Positions 35,783 through 45,325 of a stretch of 64,000 nucleotides of DNA are shown here, piece by piece. A program made the translations under genes and the position numbers. Position 1 is the first letter of the stretch. Each line of letters opens with the position of its first letter. This DNA is from an uncultured Chloroflexia bacterium (GTDB lineage: Bacteria > Chloroflexota > Limnocylindria > Limnocylindrales > CSP1-4): the NCBI GenBank assembly GCA_963766735.1, contig CAVYBU010000017.1, positions 96,001 to 160,000 on the forward strand. The letters are read 5' to 3'. The notes under the pieces were generated by a model. The model saw only the letters and a list, made by a program, of their open reading frames with translations. It ran no database searches and was not told where the DNA came from.

Positions 35783-37429
35783 ATGACCAGCACCCGCTCG
35801 CCCGTCACCCGTCGTCCCGCGGAAGCGCCCGAAGCCGGTCCATTCGCGAGGCCCGCGGTCGGCCCGTTCCTCCTGGTCGGGGCGCTCGAGGCGTTCGAAG
35901 GCTGGCAGCGACACCCGTCCGCGCACACCCGCGCGGAGGTTGCGCAGGCACTCGAGGGCATCGTGGAGGGTGCCGGCGCACGCGGCGCCATCCTCGAGAT
36001 CTCTGCCCCCCCTCTACCGACTCTTTCCATCGGGGTCGGCACGCTCGTGGAGGTGCCGGGCCTTGACGAGCGCGCCCACCTCGCCCACCTCGCCCAGTTC
36101 CCGCTCGGCTCCCACGAGGGCCACGAGCTGCTGGGCCGCCTCTTCCTCGATGCCCCGGACGGCGCCTCGACGCCGGTCGTCCGGATCATCGAGCTGGCCG
36201 TGGACGCCGCCTGGTCCCGCGCGGCCGTGCACGGCCGCGCGGAGCGCCTCGCCGCCCTCGAGGCCGCCACGCGTGCCATCTCCGCGGAGCTCGATGTCGA
36301 CCGCGTCCTGGCCCTCATCGTGGATCGGGTGCGGGATCTTGTCGGGGCGCGGTTCGCCGCGCTTGGGTTGGCAGACAGCCGCGGCCGGATTGAACGGTTC
36401 ATCACCAGCGGCATCAGTGCCGAACGTCGCGCGGAGATCGGCGGCGTGCCCCGCGGCCACGGCCTCCTCGGGCTGATCATCCGCGAGGGGCATACGGTCC
36501 GGGCACCGGACATCGCCTCGCACCCGGCCCATTATGGGTTCCCGGCCCACCACCCGACCATGAAGTCGTTCCTGGGGGCGCCGATCCTCGTCAAGGGCCG
36601 CTCCGTAGGCAACCTCTACCTCGTGGACAAGCCCCACGAGGAGCCGTTCTCCGAGGATGACGAGCGGCTCGTGGAGATGTTCGCCGCCCATGCCGGTATC
36701 GCGATCGAGAACGCCCGACTCCACGACCTGGTCCAGCGCATGGCTGTGGTGGAGGAGAGGGAGCGGATCGGCAAGGACCTCCACGACGGGATCATCCAGG
36801 CGATCTACGCCGTTGGCCTCTCGCTGGAGGATGTCCCGGAGCTGGTCGAGGAGGACGAGGGACGGCTCGAGGCCGTCGCTCGCGTGGACCGCGCAATCGA
36901 TGCGCTCAACCTCGTCATCGCCGACATCCGCTCCTACATCCTGCGGCTGCGGCCGGCGATGGGCGGTGACGAGGATCCGGTCGAGGGCCTCGCCCGCCTG
37001 GGCGAGGAGCTGGGCATGAACGCGGTGGTCGATCTCGAGGTCGACCTGGGCGGCGGTGCCGAGACACTGCGCTCCTTCTCGCCGGACCGCCGATCGGACA
37101 TCCTGTTCATCGTCCGCGAGGCGCTCTCCAATGTTGCCCGACACTCCGGCGCCACCAGGACGGCGCTGGTCCTGGCCCGCGACGAGGACGACCTCGTCCT
37201 GTGCGTTGAGGACAATGGCCGGGGCTTTGATCCGGCGCTGCTGCACGGTCCGGATACGCTTGGACACCACCAGGGTTTGAGCAACATGCGCGATCGCGCG
37301 GTCGGAATGGGGGGGACGTTCGCAGTGGAGCGTCCCGAGGCCGCGGGCACGCGTATCATCGTGCGAGTGCCAGCGACGGCCAGCGCCGACGCCGGGGACA
37401 GCCCTTCCGCATCCACCGGAGACAAGTGA
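35783..37429 (+). CDS. GAF-domain sensor histidine kinase, DosS/DosT-like (HisKA_3)
   Basis: GAF with PRGHGLLG...HPAHYGFPAHHPTMKSFLGAPI, ERERIGKDLHDGIIQ, EALSNVARHS, DNGRGF, GLSNMRDRA. Confidence 0.9.
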   Translation: MTSTRSPVTRRPAEAPEAGPFARPAVGPFLLVGALEAFEGWQRHPSAHTRAEVAQALEGIVEGAGARGAILEISAPPLPTLSIGVGTLVEVPGLDERAHLAHLAQFPLGSHEGHELLGRLFLDAPDGASTPVVRIIELAVDAAWSRAAVHGRAERLAALEAATRAISAELDVDRVLALIVDRVRDLVGARFAALGLADSRGRIERFITSGISAERRAEIGGVPRGHGLLGLIIREGHTVRAPDIASHPAHYGFPAHHPTMKSFLGAPILVKGRSVGNLYLVDKPHEEPFSEDDERLVEMFAAHAGIAIENARLHDLVQRMAVVEERERIGKDLHDGIIQAIYAVGLSLEDVPELVEEDEGRLEAVARVDRAIDALNLVIADIRSYILRLRPAMGGDEDPVEGLARLGEELGMNAVVDLEVDLGGGAETLRSFSPDRRSDILFIVREALSNVARHSGATRTALVLARDEDDLVLCVEDNGRGFDPALLHGPDTLGHHQGLSNMRDRAVGMGGTFAVERPEAAGTRIIVRVPATASADAGDSPSASTGDK

Positions 37430-38103
37430 CCGTGACTGATCTCACCTCGAGGCCTCTGCGCCTGCTCGTGGTGGACGACCACGAGGTGGTTCGCCAGGGA
37501 CTCGTGGCGCTTCTCGATCGCCGCGAAGGGTTCCAGGTCGTTGCCGAGGCCGGCACCGCCGCCGAATTGATCGAGCAGGCCCGCCGGTTCCAGCCTGACA
37601 TCGTGGTCATGGACGTGCGCCTCCCCGACGGCTCGGGGATCGAAGCATGCCGCGAGATCCGCGCAGAGCTGCCCGCGACGCGCGTCGTCATGCTCACCTC
37701 CTACCCGGACGAGGAGGCCGTGCTGTCCGCCATCGTCGCCGGGGCATCGGGGTATCTCCTCAAGCAGATCCGTGCCCGCGATCTCGTTGCCGCCCTGGAG
37801 TCCGTGGGTCGTGGCGAGTCGCTGCTCGACCCGGCGGTGACCGAGAAGGTGCTCGAGCGCGTGCGACGCATCGCCACCGGCGCCTACACCGACGAGATGG
37901 CGCAGCTCACCGCGCAGGAGCAGCGGATCCTGCTCCTGGTGGCGGAGGGCAAGACGAACAAGGAGATCGCCGCCGAGGTCTTCCTGTCGGACAAGACGGT
38001 GAAGAACTACGTGAGCTCGATCCTCTCGAAGCTCAACCTCGAGCGACGGGCCCAGGCCGCCGCGTTCGTCGCCAAACATCGGCTGGACCGCGGCGGGGCG
38101 TAG
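37426..38103 (+). CDS. dosR: NarL-family response regulator, DosR/DevR-like
   Basis: VDDHEVVR, DVRLPDGSGIE, GASGY; HTH ...GKTNKEIA..VFLSDKTVKNYVS.IL.KL..ERRAQAA closely resembles mycobacterial DosR. Confidence 0.85.
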   Translation: MTVTDLTSRPLRLLVVDDHEVVRQGLVALLDRREGFQVVAEAGTAAELIEQARRFQPDIVVMDVRLPDGSGIEACREIRAELPATRVVMLTSYPDEEAVLSAIVAGASGYLLKQIRARDLVAALESVGRGESLLDPAVTEKVLERVRRIATGAYTDEMAQLTAQEQRILLLVAEGKTNKEIAAEVFLSDKTVKNYVSSILSKLNLERRAQAAAFVAKHRLDRGGA

Positions 38104-38154
38104 GCCCCCGGCGGCGTTCCCGACACCTGCCGTCCGCTCCCGCGTCGCGCTGCA

Positions 38155-38490
38155 ATGGAGGACGATCTCGTCGCGTGGGGACGCGTCCTGCGCATCGAGA
38201 CCCGTGGGCGCACCAGCGGCAGACCCGCACGTGCGGTTGTCGGGTTCGTCGAGCGGCCCGACGGGACGCTGGCGATTGCGGCCGGGTCTCCCGAGGCGGA
38301 CTGGGGGCGCAACCTCCTTGCCGACCCCGCCTGTCGCGTGACCTTCGCCGGCGTCACCACCGCGGCGATCGCGCAGGAGCTCGAGGGCGCGGAGCACGCC
38401 GCCGCTGTGCGTGACCTGATCCTCAAGTACGGGCAGCCGGCAGAGAGGCTGGGCGCCGGACCGGCGTTCGCGCTGCGACTGGTCCGGTAG
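38155..38490 (+). CDS. Deazaflavin (F420)-dependent nitroreductase/quinone reductase family (Ddn-like)
   Basis: LRIETRGRTSGRPAR, ADWGRNLLADP. Confidence 0.78.
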   Translation: MEDDLVAWGRVLRIETRGRTSGRPARAVVGFVERPDGTLAIAAGSPEADWGRNLLADPACRVTFAGVTTAAIAQELEGAEHAAAVRDLILKYGQPAERLGAGPAFALRLVR

Positions 38491-38636
38491 ACGTCCGGGG
38501 GCCGGCCTCCTGGGCCATGGCTCCCGCGAGTCGGGGGTGAGCGGGCGACGCGGCATGCCGGAACCGGGCACACCGGGCCCCCGCGGCGGGCCATCCGGCT
38601 GCGCCATCGGCCACCCGCGGCACCTAGACTCCCGGC

Positions 38637-39911
38637 ATGCGTATCGTCTCGCCTGAAGAAGCGGTGGCGGGCATCCGTTCTGGCGACCAGGTCTACGTCC
38701 AGTGCGCCGCCGCCACCCCGTCTGTCCTCCTCGACGCCCTGGTCGCGCGCGCCCCGGAGCTGGCTGACGTCTCGATGGTGCACCTGCACACGGAAGGTCC
38801 CGGACCCCACCTCGCACCCGAGATGGCACCGCACTTCCGGCATCGAGCCCTGTTCATCGGCCCCAACGCTCGCAAGGCGATCAACGAGGGCCGCGCCGAC
38901 TTCGTCCCGATCTTCCTCTCGGACGTTCCGGCCGTGTTCCGGACAGGTGCGCTCCCGCTGGATGCCGTGCTGGTCAACGTCACCCCGCCCGATCGGCACG
39001 GGTACTGCTCGCTGGGTACCTCGGTCGAGGCGATGCGTGCCGCGATCGAGTCGGCCACGACGGTCATCGCCCAGTTCAACGCCTCGATGCCCCGGACGCT
39101 GGGCGACTCGTTCGTCCACATCAGCGAGATCGATCTGGCGATCGAGGTGGACCAGCCGCCGTACGAGGTCGACCGCCCGACGCTCGGTGAACTCGAGCGG
39201 CAGATCGGGTCGTTCGTCGTGGATCTCGTCCCCGACGGGGCCACGCTCCAGCTGGGCATCGGTGCCCTCCCGACGGCGATCGCGGAGTTCCTTACCCACA
39301 AGAAGGACCTGGGCATCCACACCGAGATCTTCAGCGACTCCGTCGTGGACCTCGTCGAGCTGGGCGTGGTCACCGGGGCGGCCAAGGCGCGCAACAAGGG
39401 CAAGATCGTCACCGCGTTCGTGATGGGCACACAACGTGTGTACTCGTTCGTCCACGACAACCCGATGGTCGAGATGCGGGCAGTGGACTTCACCAACGAC
39501 ACCAGCGTGATCCGATCGTTCAAGCACATGACCGCCATCAACTCGGCGCTCGAGGTCGACCTGTCGGGCCAGGTGGTCGCTGACTCGATCGGCTACCGGA
39601 TGTACTCGGGCGTCGGCGGGCAGATGGACTTCATGCGCGGCGCGGCGCTTGCCCCAGGCGGCCGGGCGATCATCGCGCTGCCGTCCACGGCCGGCGCGGA
39701 CGGGTCCGTGTCCCGCATCGCTGCCCACCTGTCCGAGGGGGCCGGCGTGGTCACCACCCGGGCGCATGTGCGAACCGTGGTCACGGAGTTCGGTGTCGCG
39801 GAGCTGTGGGGCAAGAGCCTCCGTGAGCGTGCCAAGGCTCTGATCGAGATCGCCCATCCGGACCACCGGGACGCACTCACCTTCGAGGCGCGTCGCCACC
39901 TGGACCTGTAG
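38637..39911 (+). CDS. Acetyl-CoA hydrolase/transferase family (4-hydroxybutyrate CoA-transferase-like)
   Basis: TLQLGIGALP, LGIHTEIFSD, SGVGGQMDF, VVTEFGVAELWGK, IAHPDHR. Confidence 0.92.
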   Translation: MRIVSPEEAVAGIRSGDQVYVQCAAATPSVLLDALVARAPELADVSMVHLHTEGPGPHLAPEMAPHFRHRALFIGPNARKAINEGRADFVPIFLSDVPAVFRTGALPLDAVLVNVTPPDRHGYCSLGTSVEAMRAAIESATTVIAQFNASMPRTLGDSFVHISEIDLAIEVDQPPYEVDRPTLGELERQIGSFVVDLVPDGATLQLGIGALPTAIAEFLTHKKDLGIHTEIFSDSVVDLVELGVVTGAAKARNKGKIVTAFVMGTQRVYSFVHDNPMVEMRAVDFTNDTSVIRSFKHMTAINSALEVDLSGQVVADSIGYRMYSGVGGQMDFMRGAALAPGGRAIIALPSTAGADGSVSRIAAHLSEGAGVVTTRAHVRTVVTEFGVAELWGKSLRERAKALIEIAHPDHRDALTFEARRHLDL

Positions 39912-40110
39912 CGGCAACAGCCGACGGGTTCGGTCGCCGAGGGCGTGTGTCCGGTGAAGATTGCGGACATCCGCGAAACGGTGGGGTGACCCGGACCGGG
40001 GTCCACGCCGGCCGAGGCGGTGGACGGGATGGCGGAGCGGGATCCGACCGCAGGAGAGACGGGCCACGAATCAGAAACCCCCGCCGCCGGGCGAGGGCTC
40101 GATGAATTCG

Positions 40111-40143
40111 GGTGGGTGTCGGGCGTCCCCTCCGACACCCACC
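40111..40143. other. Perfect 12-bp intergenic hairpin
   Basis: GGTGGGTGTCGG-gcgtcccct-CCGACACCCACC. Confidence 0.6.
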
Positions 40144-40357
40144 TCACACGCAGTGTCGGGGGTGTCGCAATCACCGGTGAGTGCCGATCGGACCCCGTTC
40201 GCGGGACCAGCGGCACCTCCCACAGGGCGGCCCGGCCGGATACGTCGCGACGCCGGCGCGTCATCCTGACGGGACGCGGAGGCAGCAACCGCCGCGTCCG
40301 CCTGCTGGCCTCGCGGTCCGGCGCGGGCGCCTGCGATCTCCTCCCCCGAGGTCGGAC

Positions 40358-41698
40358 ATGCGAATCGAACGCGTGTTGATCATGGGTGCCGCAGGTCGGG
40401 ACTTCCATGATTTCAACGTCGTCTACCGGGACGATCCGTCGGTGGAGGTCGTTGCCTTCACGGCAACCCAGATCCCCGGCATCGCGGATCGCCGCTACCC
40501 GCCGGAGCTGGCCGGGGAGCGTTACCCCGCCGGGATCCCCATCCGCCCCGAGGCGGAGCTCGAGACCCTGATCCGGGACCTGCGCGTGGACACCGTTGTG
40601 TTTGCGTACAGCGACGTCAGCCATGAGCAGGTCATGCACGCGGCCAGCCGTGCGATGGCGGCCGGGGCGGACTTCTCGCTTCTGGGTCCCACCCGCACGA
40701 TGCTCGAGAGCACGCGCCCGGTGGTCTCGGTGTGCGCGGTCCGGACCGGCTGCGGGAAGAGCCAGACCAGCCGCTACGTGGCACGGGCGCTCGAGGCCCA
40801 GGGGCTCAAGGTCGCGGTCGTGCGGCACCCGATGCCCTACGGGGACCTGGTCGCCCAGCGCGTCCAGCGGTTCGAGACGTACGCGGACCTGGATCGCCAT
40901 GAGACGACCATCGAGGAGCGCGAGGAGTACGAGCCGCACCTCGACGCCGGGCGCCTCGTCTTCGCGGGCGTGGACTACGAGGGGATCCTGCGGGCGGCCG
41001 AGGCCGAGTGCGACGTGGTCATCTGGGATGGCGGCAACAACGACCTGCCGTTCTACCGTCCGGACCTGGCGATCGTGGTGGTGGATCCCCTGCGGCCGGG
41101 CCACGAGCTCCGGTACCACCCGGGCGAGGCGAACCTGCGCCTGGCCGACGTCATCGTGATCAACAAGGTGGACTCCGCGGAGCCCGAAGCCCTCGAGATG
41201 GTCCGCGCCGGCATCGCGGCCGCCAACCCGCGGGCGACCGTCATCGAGGCGCGGTCCTCGCTGGTCCTGGAGGGCGGCGAGATCCGCGGCCGGACGGTGG
41301 TCGTGGTCGAGGACGGGCCGACACTCACGCATGGTGGCATGACCTACGGCGCGGGAGTCGTTGCGGCGAGACGCTTCGGCGCAGCCGAGATGGTGGACCC
41401 GAGGCCCTACGCCACGGGCGAGCTGGCCGCCACGCTGGCGAAGTACCCGGACCTCGAGCGCCTGCTCCCGGCAATGGGTTACGGGGACAAGCAGGTCCAC
41501 GAGCTCGAGGCCGCCCTCGAGGCGATCCCGGCCGACGTGGTCCTGGCCGCCACGCCGATCGACATCACCCGGGTGCTCTCGGTCTCGAAGCCGGTGATCC
41601 GCGTCCGCTACGAGCTGGAGCCCGTCTCCGGGTCGCTCGATGCGGCGCTGGCCCCGGTCGTTGCCCGCGCCACGGAGGCTCCCACCGGCACCAGCTGA
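40358..41698 (+). CDS. COG2403 P-loop enzyme (cyclic 2,3-diphosphoglycerate synthetase / arginine synthetase-like)
   Basis: MGAAGRDFHDFN, FTATQIP, RTGCGKSQT, RHPMPYGDL, TIEEREEYEPH, WDGGNND, EDGPTLTHGGM, PAMGY. Confidence 0.85.
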   Translation: MRIERVLIMGAAGRDFHDFNVVYRDDPSVEVVAFTATQIPGIADRRYPPELAGERYPAGIPIRPEAELETLIRDLRVDTVVFAYSDVSHEQVMHAASRAMAAGADFSLLGPTRTMLESTRPVVSVCAVRTGCGKSQTSRYVARALEAQGLKVAVVRHPMPYGDLVAQRVQRFETYADLDRHETTIEEREEYEPHLDAGRLVFAGVDYEGILRAAEAECDVVIWDGGNNDLPFYRPDLAIVVVDPLRPGHELRYHPGEANLRLADVIVINKVDSAEPEALEMVRAGIAAANPRATVIEARSSLVLEGGEIRGRTVVVVEDGPTLTHGGMTYGAGVVAARRFGAAEMVDPRPYATGELAATLAKYPDLERLLPAMGYGDKQVHELEAALEAIPADVVLAATPIDITRVLSVSKPVIRVRYELEPVSGSLDAALAPVVARATEAPTGTS

Positions 41699-41928
41699 CC
41701 GTCGCCCCGTACGAACCGGGCCGGCCGCGCGGGGAGCTCCTCCGCCGTCCGGCCTGACGTCACGGCAGGGCCGGGCCGTCCGGCAGGATCGATGGGGATC
41801 GCGTCCCGCTCCAGCGTGGACCGGACGGCACTCACGCGAGGCCGTCCCGGGGCAGAGCATGGTCAAGCGGGCCCCGGAGCGCGCACCCGTTGTGCAAACC
41901 GGCCCAACACCAGCGAGGTCGTGGCTTC

Positions 41929-42441
41929 ATGGCACCCGATACCTCAATGGCGTCCCCAGACTTGATCAATGTCCTCGGCACGTCCTGGTTCGGGGCTGGT
42001 CTGCCCCCCGAGGCGGTTGCCCGGCTGGCCCAGATCGCAGAGATGCGGGACGTCGAGTCGGGTGGCGAGGTCACGCGCGAGGGTCTCGTCACGGAGGCCC
42101 TGTCCATCCTGGTCTCCGGCCGCGTCGCCCTGCGTACCCTGGTCCCGGAACGTGGAATGGTGACGATCCTCACGGTGGAGCCCGGCGATATCGTCGGCTG
42201 GTCGGCTCTCGTTCCGCCGCATCGAGCCACGTCGACCGGGATAGCGATCGAGCCCGTGAGGCTCGTGGACCTTCCCGGGGAGGGCTTGCGCCTGCTCCTT
42301 CGCTCCGACCATGCCCTCGCGGCATCCCTGTACCCACGGGTTCTCCAGGTCGTCAGCCGCCGGCTGACGGCCACGCGCATGCAGCTCCTGGACCTGTTTG
42401 CCCGCGAGGAGTGGGGACGGAAGGAGGGCGGGTCGTGGTGA
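41929..42441 (+). CDS. Cyclic-nucleotide-binding domain protein (no HTH), first gene of the hydrogenase operon
   Basis: REG...ILVSGRVAL...GDIVGWSALVPPHR; stop overlaps the next GTG. Confidence 0.85.
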   Translation: MAPDTSMASPDLINVLGTSWFGAGLPPEAVARLAQIAEMRDVESGGEVTREGLVTEALSILVSGRVALRTLVPERGMVTILTVEPGDIVGWSALVPPHRATSTGIAIEPVRLVDLPGEGLRLLLRSDHALAASLYPRVLQVVSRRLTATRMQLLDLFAREEWGRKEGGSW

Positions 42442-44477
42442 ACGACGAGCGCATGCCCTACGCGCCCTACCCCGCACCCACCGGGATGGCGGTGACCGCC
42501 CCGCCCACCGCGCCGGCGTCGTCGCACGGGAGCGGCCCCTGGTTCCTGGCTCGCGCCAACCTGGGCATCCTGATCGACCTCCTTCGAGAGGACGGCCGGA
42601 CGGTCATCGGCCCGAAGGTCGAGGACGGGGCCGTGGTCTACGGCGAGATCAACTCCGTCGACGAGCTGCCCGAGGGCATCGGCGACGAGCAGTCACCCGG
42701 CAGGTACAGGCTGGTCGATGGACAGCATCGGCGCGTCTTCGACTACGCGGTCGGTCCGGTCAGTCCCAAGCGCTGGACGTTCCCGCCCGTGGTCCCGCTC
42801 AACGTGGGCCGGCGTGACGGCAAGGCCGTCACCTACGAGCCTGCCCCAATCGACTCGCCGCCACTCGCCTTCCTGGGCGTCCGCCCCTGCGAGCTGGCCG
42901 CCCTCGGCATCCAGGACCGCGTGTTCCTGGGCGGTCCGTACACGGACGAGGACTATCGCGCCCGACGCCGCAACTCCCTCGTGATCGCGGTCAACTGCAC
43001 GACCTCGGCGTCGACCTGTTTCTGCACCTCGATGGGCACCGGCCCCGAGGCCCACGGCGGCTATGACATCGCCCTCACGGAGCTTGACGAAGGGTTCCTC
43101 CTTCGTGCCGGGTCTCCCGGAGGGGTGGACCTCGTGACGCACCTGCCCGTGCGCGCGGCGGACGCCGCCCAGCTGTTCCGTGCCGCCGAGGCGGTGGGCA
43201 AGGTTGCCGCCACGATGGGCGATCCGGTTCCGACGGCCGGCCTCCATGACCGGCTGCTGGCCCAGTTCGATAGTCCGCGCTGGGCGAGCATCGCCGAGCG
43301 GTGCCTCTCGTGCACCAACTGCACGCTGGTCTGCCCCACGTGCTTCTGCAGCAGCGTCACGCAGCGCTCGGACCTCGACGGTGAGGTCTCCACCTCTGAG
43401 CGAATCTGGGATTCCTGCTTCACGGCTGGGTTCGCCAAGGTCGCCGGTGGCAGCTTCCGGAGCCGCCCGCGGGATCGCTACCGGCAGTGGCTGACGCACA
43501 AGTTCGCCACCTGGGTGGACCAGTTCGGCATGTTCGGCTGCGTCGGCTGCGGCCGGTGCATCGCATGGTGTCCCGTGGGGATCGACATCCGCGCCGAGCT
43601 CCAGGCGATCGCTCCGCCCCTGGCCGCCTGGGCGGAGCCGGCCCGTCCGAAACCGGTGGCCGCAACTCCCAGCTCGTACGCAACCGCGCGGATCGTGTCC
43701 GTCAGGAACGAGACCGCGGACGTCACAACCCTGACGCTGGGCGACGTGGACCCGGCCTTCCTGGCCGGCGAGTTCGGCCAGTTCGCGATGATCACAGTGC
43801 CGGCCTTCCCGCCTCTGCCGATCTCGATCTCCCGCTTCGGGCGGGACACCATCGACCTCACGATCCGGGCGGCCGGACCTGCCACCGCCTCGATCATCGG
43901 ACTTGGGCCGCGGGACGAGATCGGCATCAGGGGACCCCTCGGGACGTCCTGGCCGATCGAGCGCGCGATGGGCCACGACGTGGTGATCGTCACCGGCGGT
44001 ATCGGACTCGCCCCGCTGCGGCCGCTGATCGACGGGCTGCTTGCCCAGCGCGACCGGTTCGACGCGATCCGCCTCTACTACGGTGCCCGGACGCCGGTGG
44101 ACCAGCTCTATCGCGAGGAGATCCGCGGCTGGGCCGCGCGCGGGGACATCGACGTGGAGCTCATCGTGGACCGCGCGGGCTCGGACTGGACGGGTCCCGT
44201 GGGCGTGGTGACGCAGCTGTTCGATCGGGCGACGTGGGATGGCGCTCGCTCGCTCGCGTTCGTGTGCGGGCCCGAGCGGATGATGGAGGCGACCGTTGAA
44301 GCGCTCGAGGAGCGCGGCCTCGCCCCCGACCGAATCTTCGTGACGCTCGAACGGCACATGGAGTGCGGGATCGGGCTCTGCGGTCACTGCCAGACGGGCG
44401 GCCTGTTCGTGTGCCGGGACGGTCCCGTCTTCTCGCTCACCCAACTGGGTGGCATCTTCGGCAGGGAGGGCATCTGA
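42438..44477 (+). CDS. Fused group 3b hydrogenase beta (4Fe-4S, AsrA-like) and gamma (FAD/NAD(P), AsrB-like) subunits
   Basis: GVRPCEL, CFCTSMG, CLSCTNCTLVCPTCFC, CVGCGRCIAWCPVGID, then GQFAM, PISIS, RGPLG, TGGIGLAP, YGAR, CGPERMM, CGIGLCGHC...CRDGPVF with no stop between the parts. Confidence 0.9.
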   Translation: MNDERMPYAPYPAPTGMAVTAPPTAPASSHGSGPWFLARANLGILIDLLREDGRTVIGPKVEDGAVVYGEINSVDELPEGIGDEQSPGRYRLVDGQHRRVFDYAVGPVSPKRWTFPPVVPLNVGRRDGKAVTYEPAPIDSPPLAFLGVRPCELAALGIQDRVFLGGPYTDEDYRARRRNSLVIAVNCTTSASTCFCTSMGTGPEAHGGYDIALTELDEGFLLRAGSPGGVDLVTHLPVRAADAAQLFRAAEAVGKVAATMGDPVPTAGLHDRLLAQFDSPRWASIAERCLSCTNCTLVCPTCFCSSVTQRSDLDGEVSTSERIWDSCFTAGFAKVAGGSFRSRPRDRYRQWLTHKFATWVDQFGMFGCVGCGRCIAWCPVGIDIRAELQAIAPPLAAWAEPARPKPVAATPSSYATARIVSVRNETADVTTLTLGDVDPAFLAGEFGQFAMITVPAFPPLPISISRFGRDTIDLTIRAAGPATASIIGLGPRDEIGIRGPLGTSWPIERAMGHDVVIVTGGIGLAPLRPLIDGLLAQRDRFDAIRLYYGARTPVDQLYREEIRGWAARGDIDVELIVDRAGSDWTGPVGVVTQLFDRATWDGARSLAFVCGPERMMEATVEALEERGLAPDRIFVTLERHMECGIGLCGHCQTGGLFVCRDGPVFSLTQLGGIFGREGI

Positions 44478-45325
44478 TGCCGGCCACCGCCGCCCGACCG
44501 CGCCTGCGCGTCGGTATCGCCAAGATGGCGTCCTGTGACGGCTGTCAGCTGACGCTCCTCGACCTCGAGGACGAGCTGCTCGCGCTGGCCAGCCGGTTCG
44601 AGATCGTCGAGTTTCCCGAAGCGAGCTCGCTCCGCTCGGCCGGCCCCTACGACCTGCTGCTGGTGGAGGGCAGCATCAGCGCACCCGACCAGGCCGCCGA
44701 GATCGTGGAGCTCCGCCGCCAGGCGAAGCTGCTCGTCACCATCGGCGCCTGCGCCAGCTACGGTGGGATCCAGGCCCTGCGCAACTGGTCGGATCACGAC
44801 GCATTCCGCTCCTCCGTCTACGCCCATCCCGAGTTCATCGAGTCACTGGCCACGGCCACGCCCGTGTCCGAGCACGTGAAGGTGGACGCGGAGCTCCACG
44901 GCTGCCCGATCAGTCCGGAGCAGCTTCGCGAGGTCCTGGCAGCCGTTGCCGTCGGCCGCCGCCCCCAGATCCGGGAGGAATCCGTCTGTGTCGAGTGCAA
45001 GCGACGCGGCGCGGTGTGCGTGATGGTTGCCCAGGGCCTGCCGTGCCTCGGGCCGACCACGCAGAGCGGCTGCAACGCCCTGTGCCCGACCTTTGGCCGC
45101 GGCTGCTACGGCTGCTTCGGTCCGAGGGAGCAGGCGAACCCCGCCAGCCTCGCCCGGACGTTCGCCCAGGACGGGCGCGAGGGCCTGGAGGTCGGCCGCC
45201 TGTTCGCCGGGTTCACGGGTTGGGCGCCGCCCTACCGCGCGGTGGTCGGCGAGTACGGGGGTCCTCCCGGCATGACGCCCGGCGGGATGACGACCAAGGA
45301 AGGAGCTGGCGATGCACGGCGATAG
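44477..45325 (+). CDS. Group 3b [NiFe]-hydrogenase small (delta) subunit
   Basis: SCDGCQ, VEGS, IGACA, GCP, CVEC...C...CLGP...GCNALCP...GCYGCFGP. Confidence 0.92.
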   Translation: MPATAARPRLRVGIAKMASCDGCQLTLLDLEDELLALASRFEIVEFPEASSLRSAGPYDLLLVEGSISAPDQAAEIVELRRQAKLLVTIGACASYGGIQALRNWSDHDAFRSSVYAHPEFIESLATATPVSEHVKVDAELHGCPISPEQLREVLAAVAVGRRPQIREESVCVECKRRGAVCVMVAQGLPCLGPTTQSGCNALCPTFGRGCYGCFGPREQANPASLARTFAQDGREGLEVGRLFAGFTGWAPPYRAVVGEYGGPPGMTPGGMTTKEGAGDARR

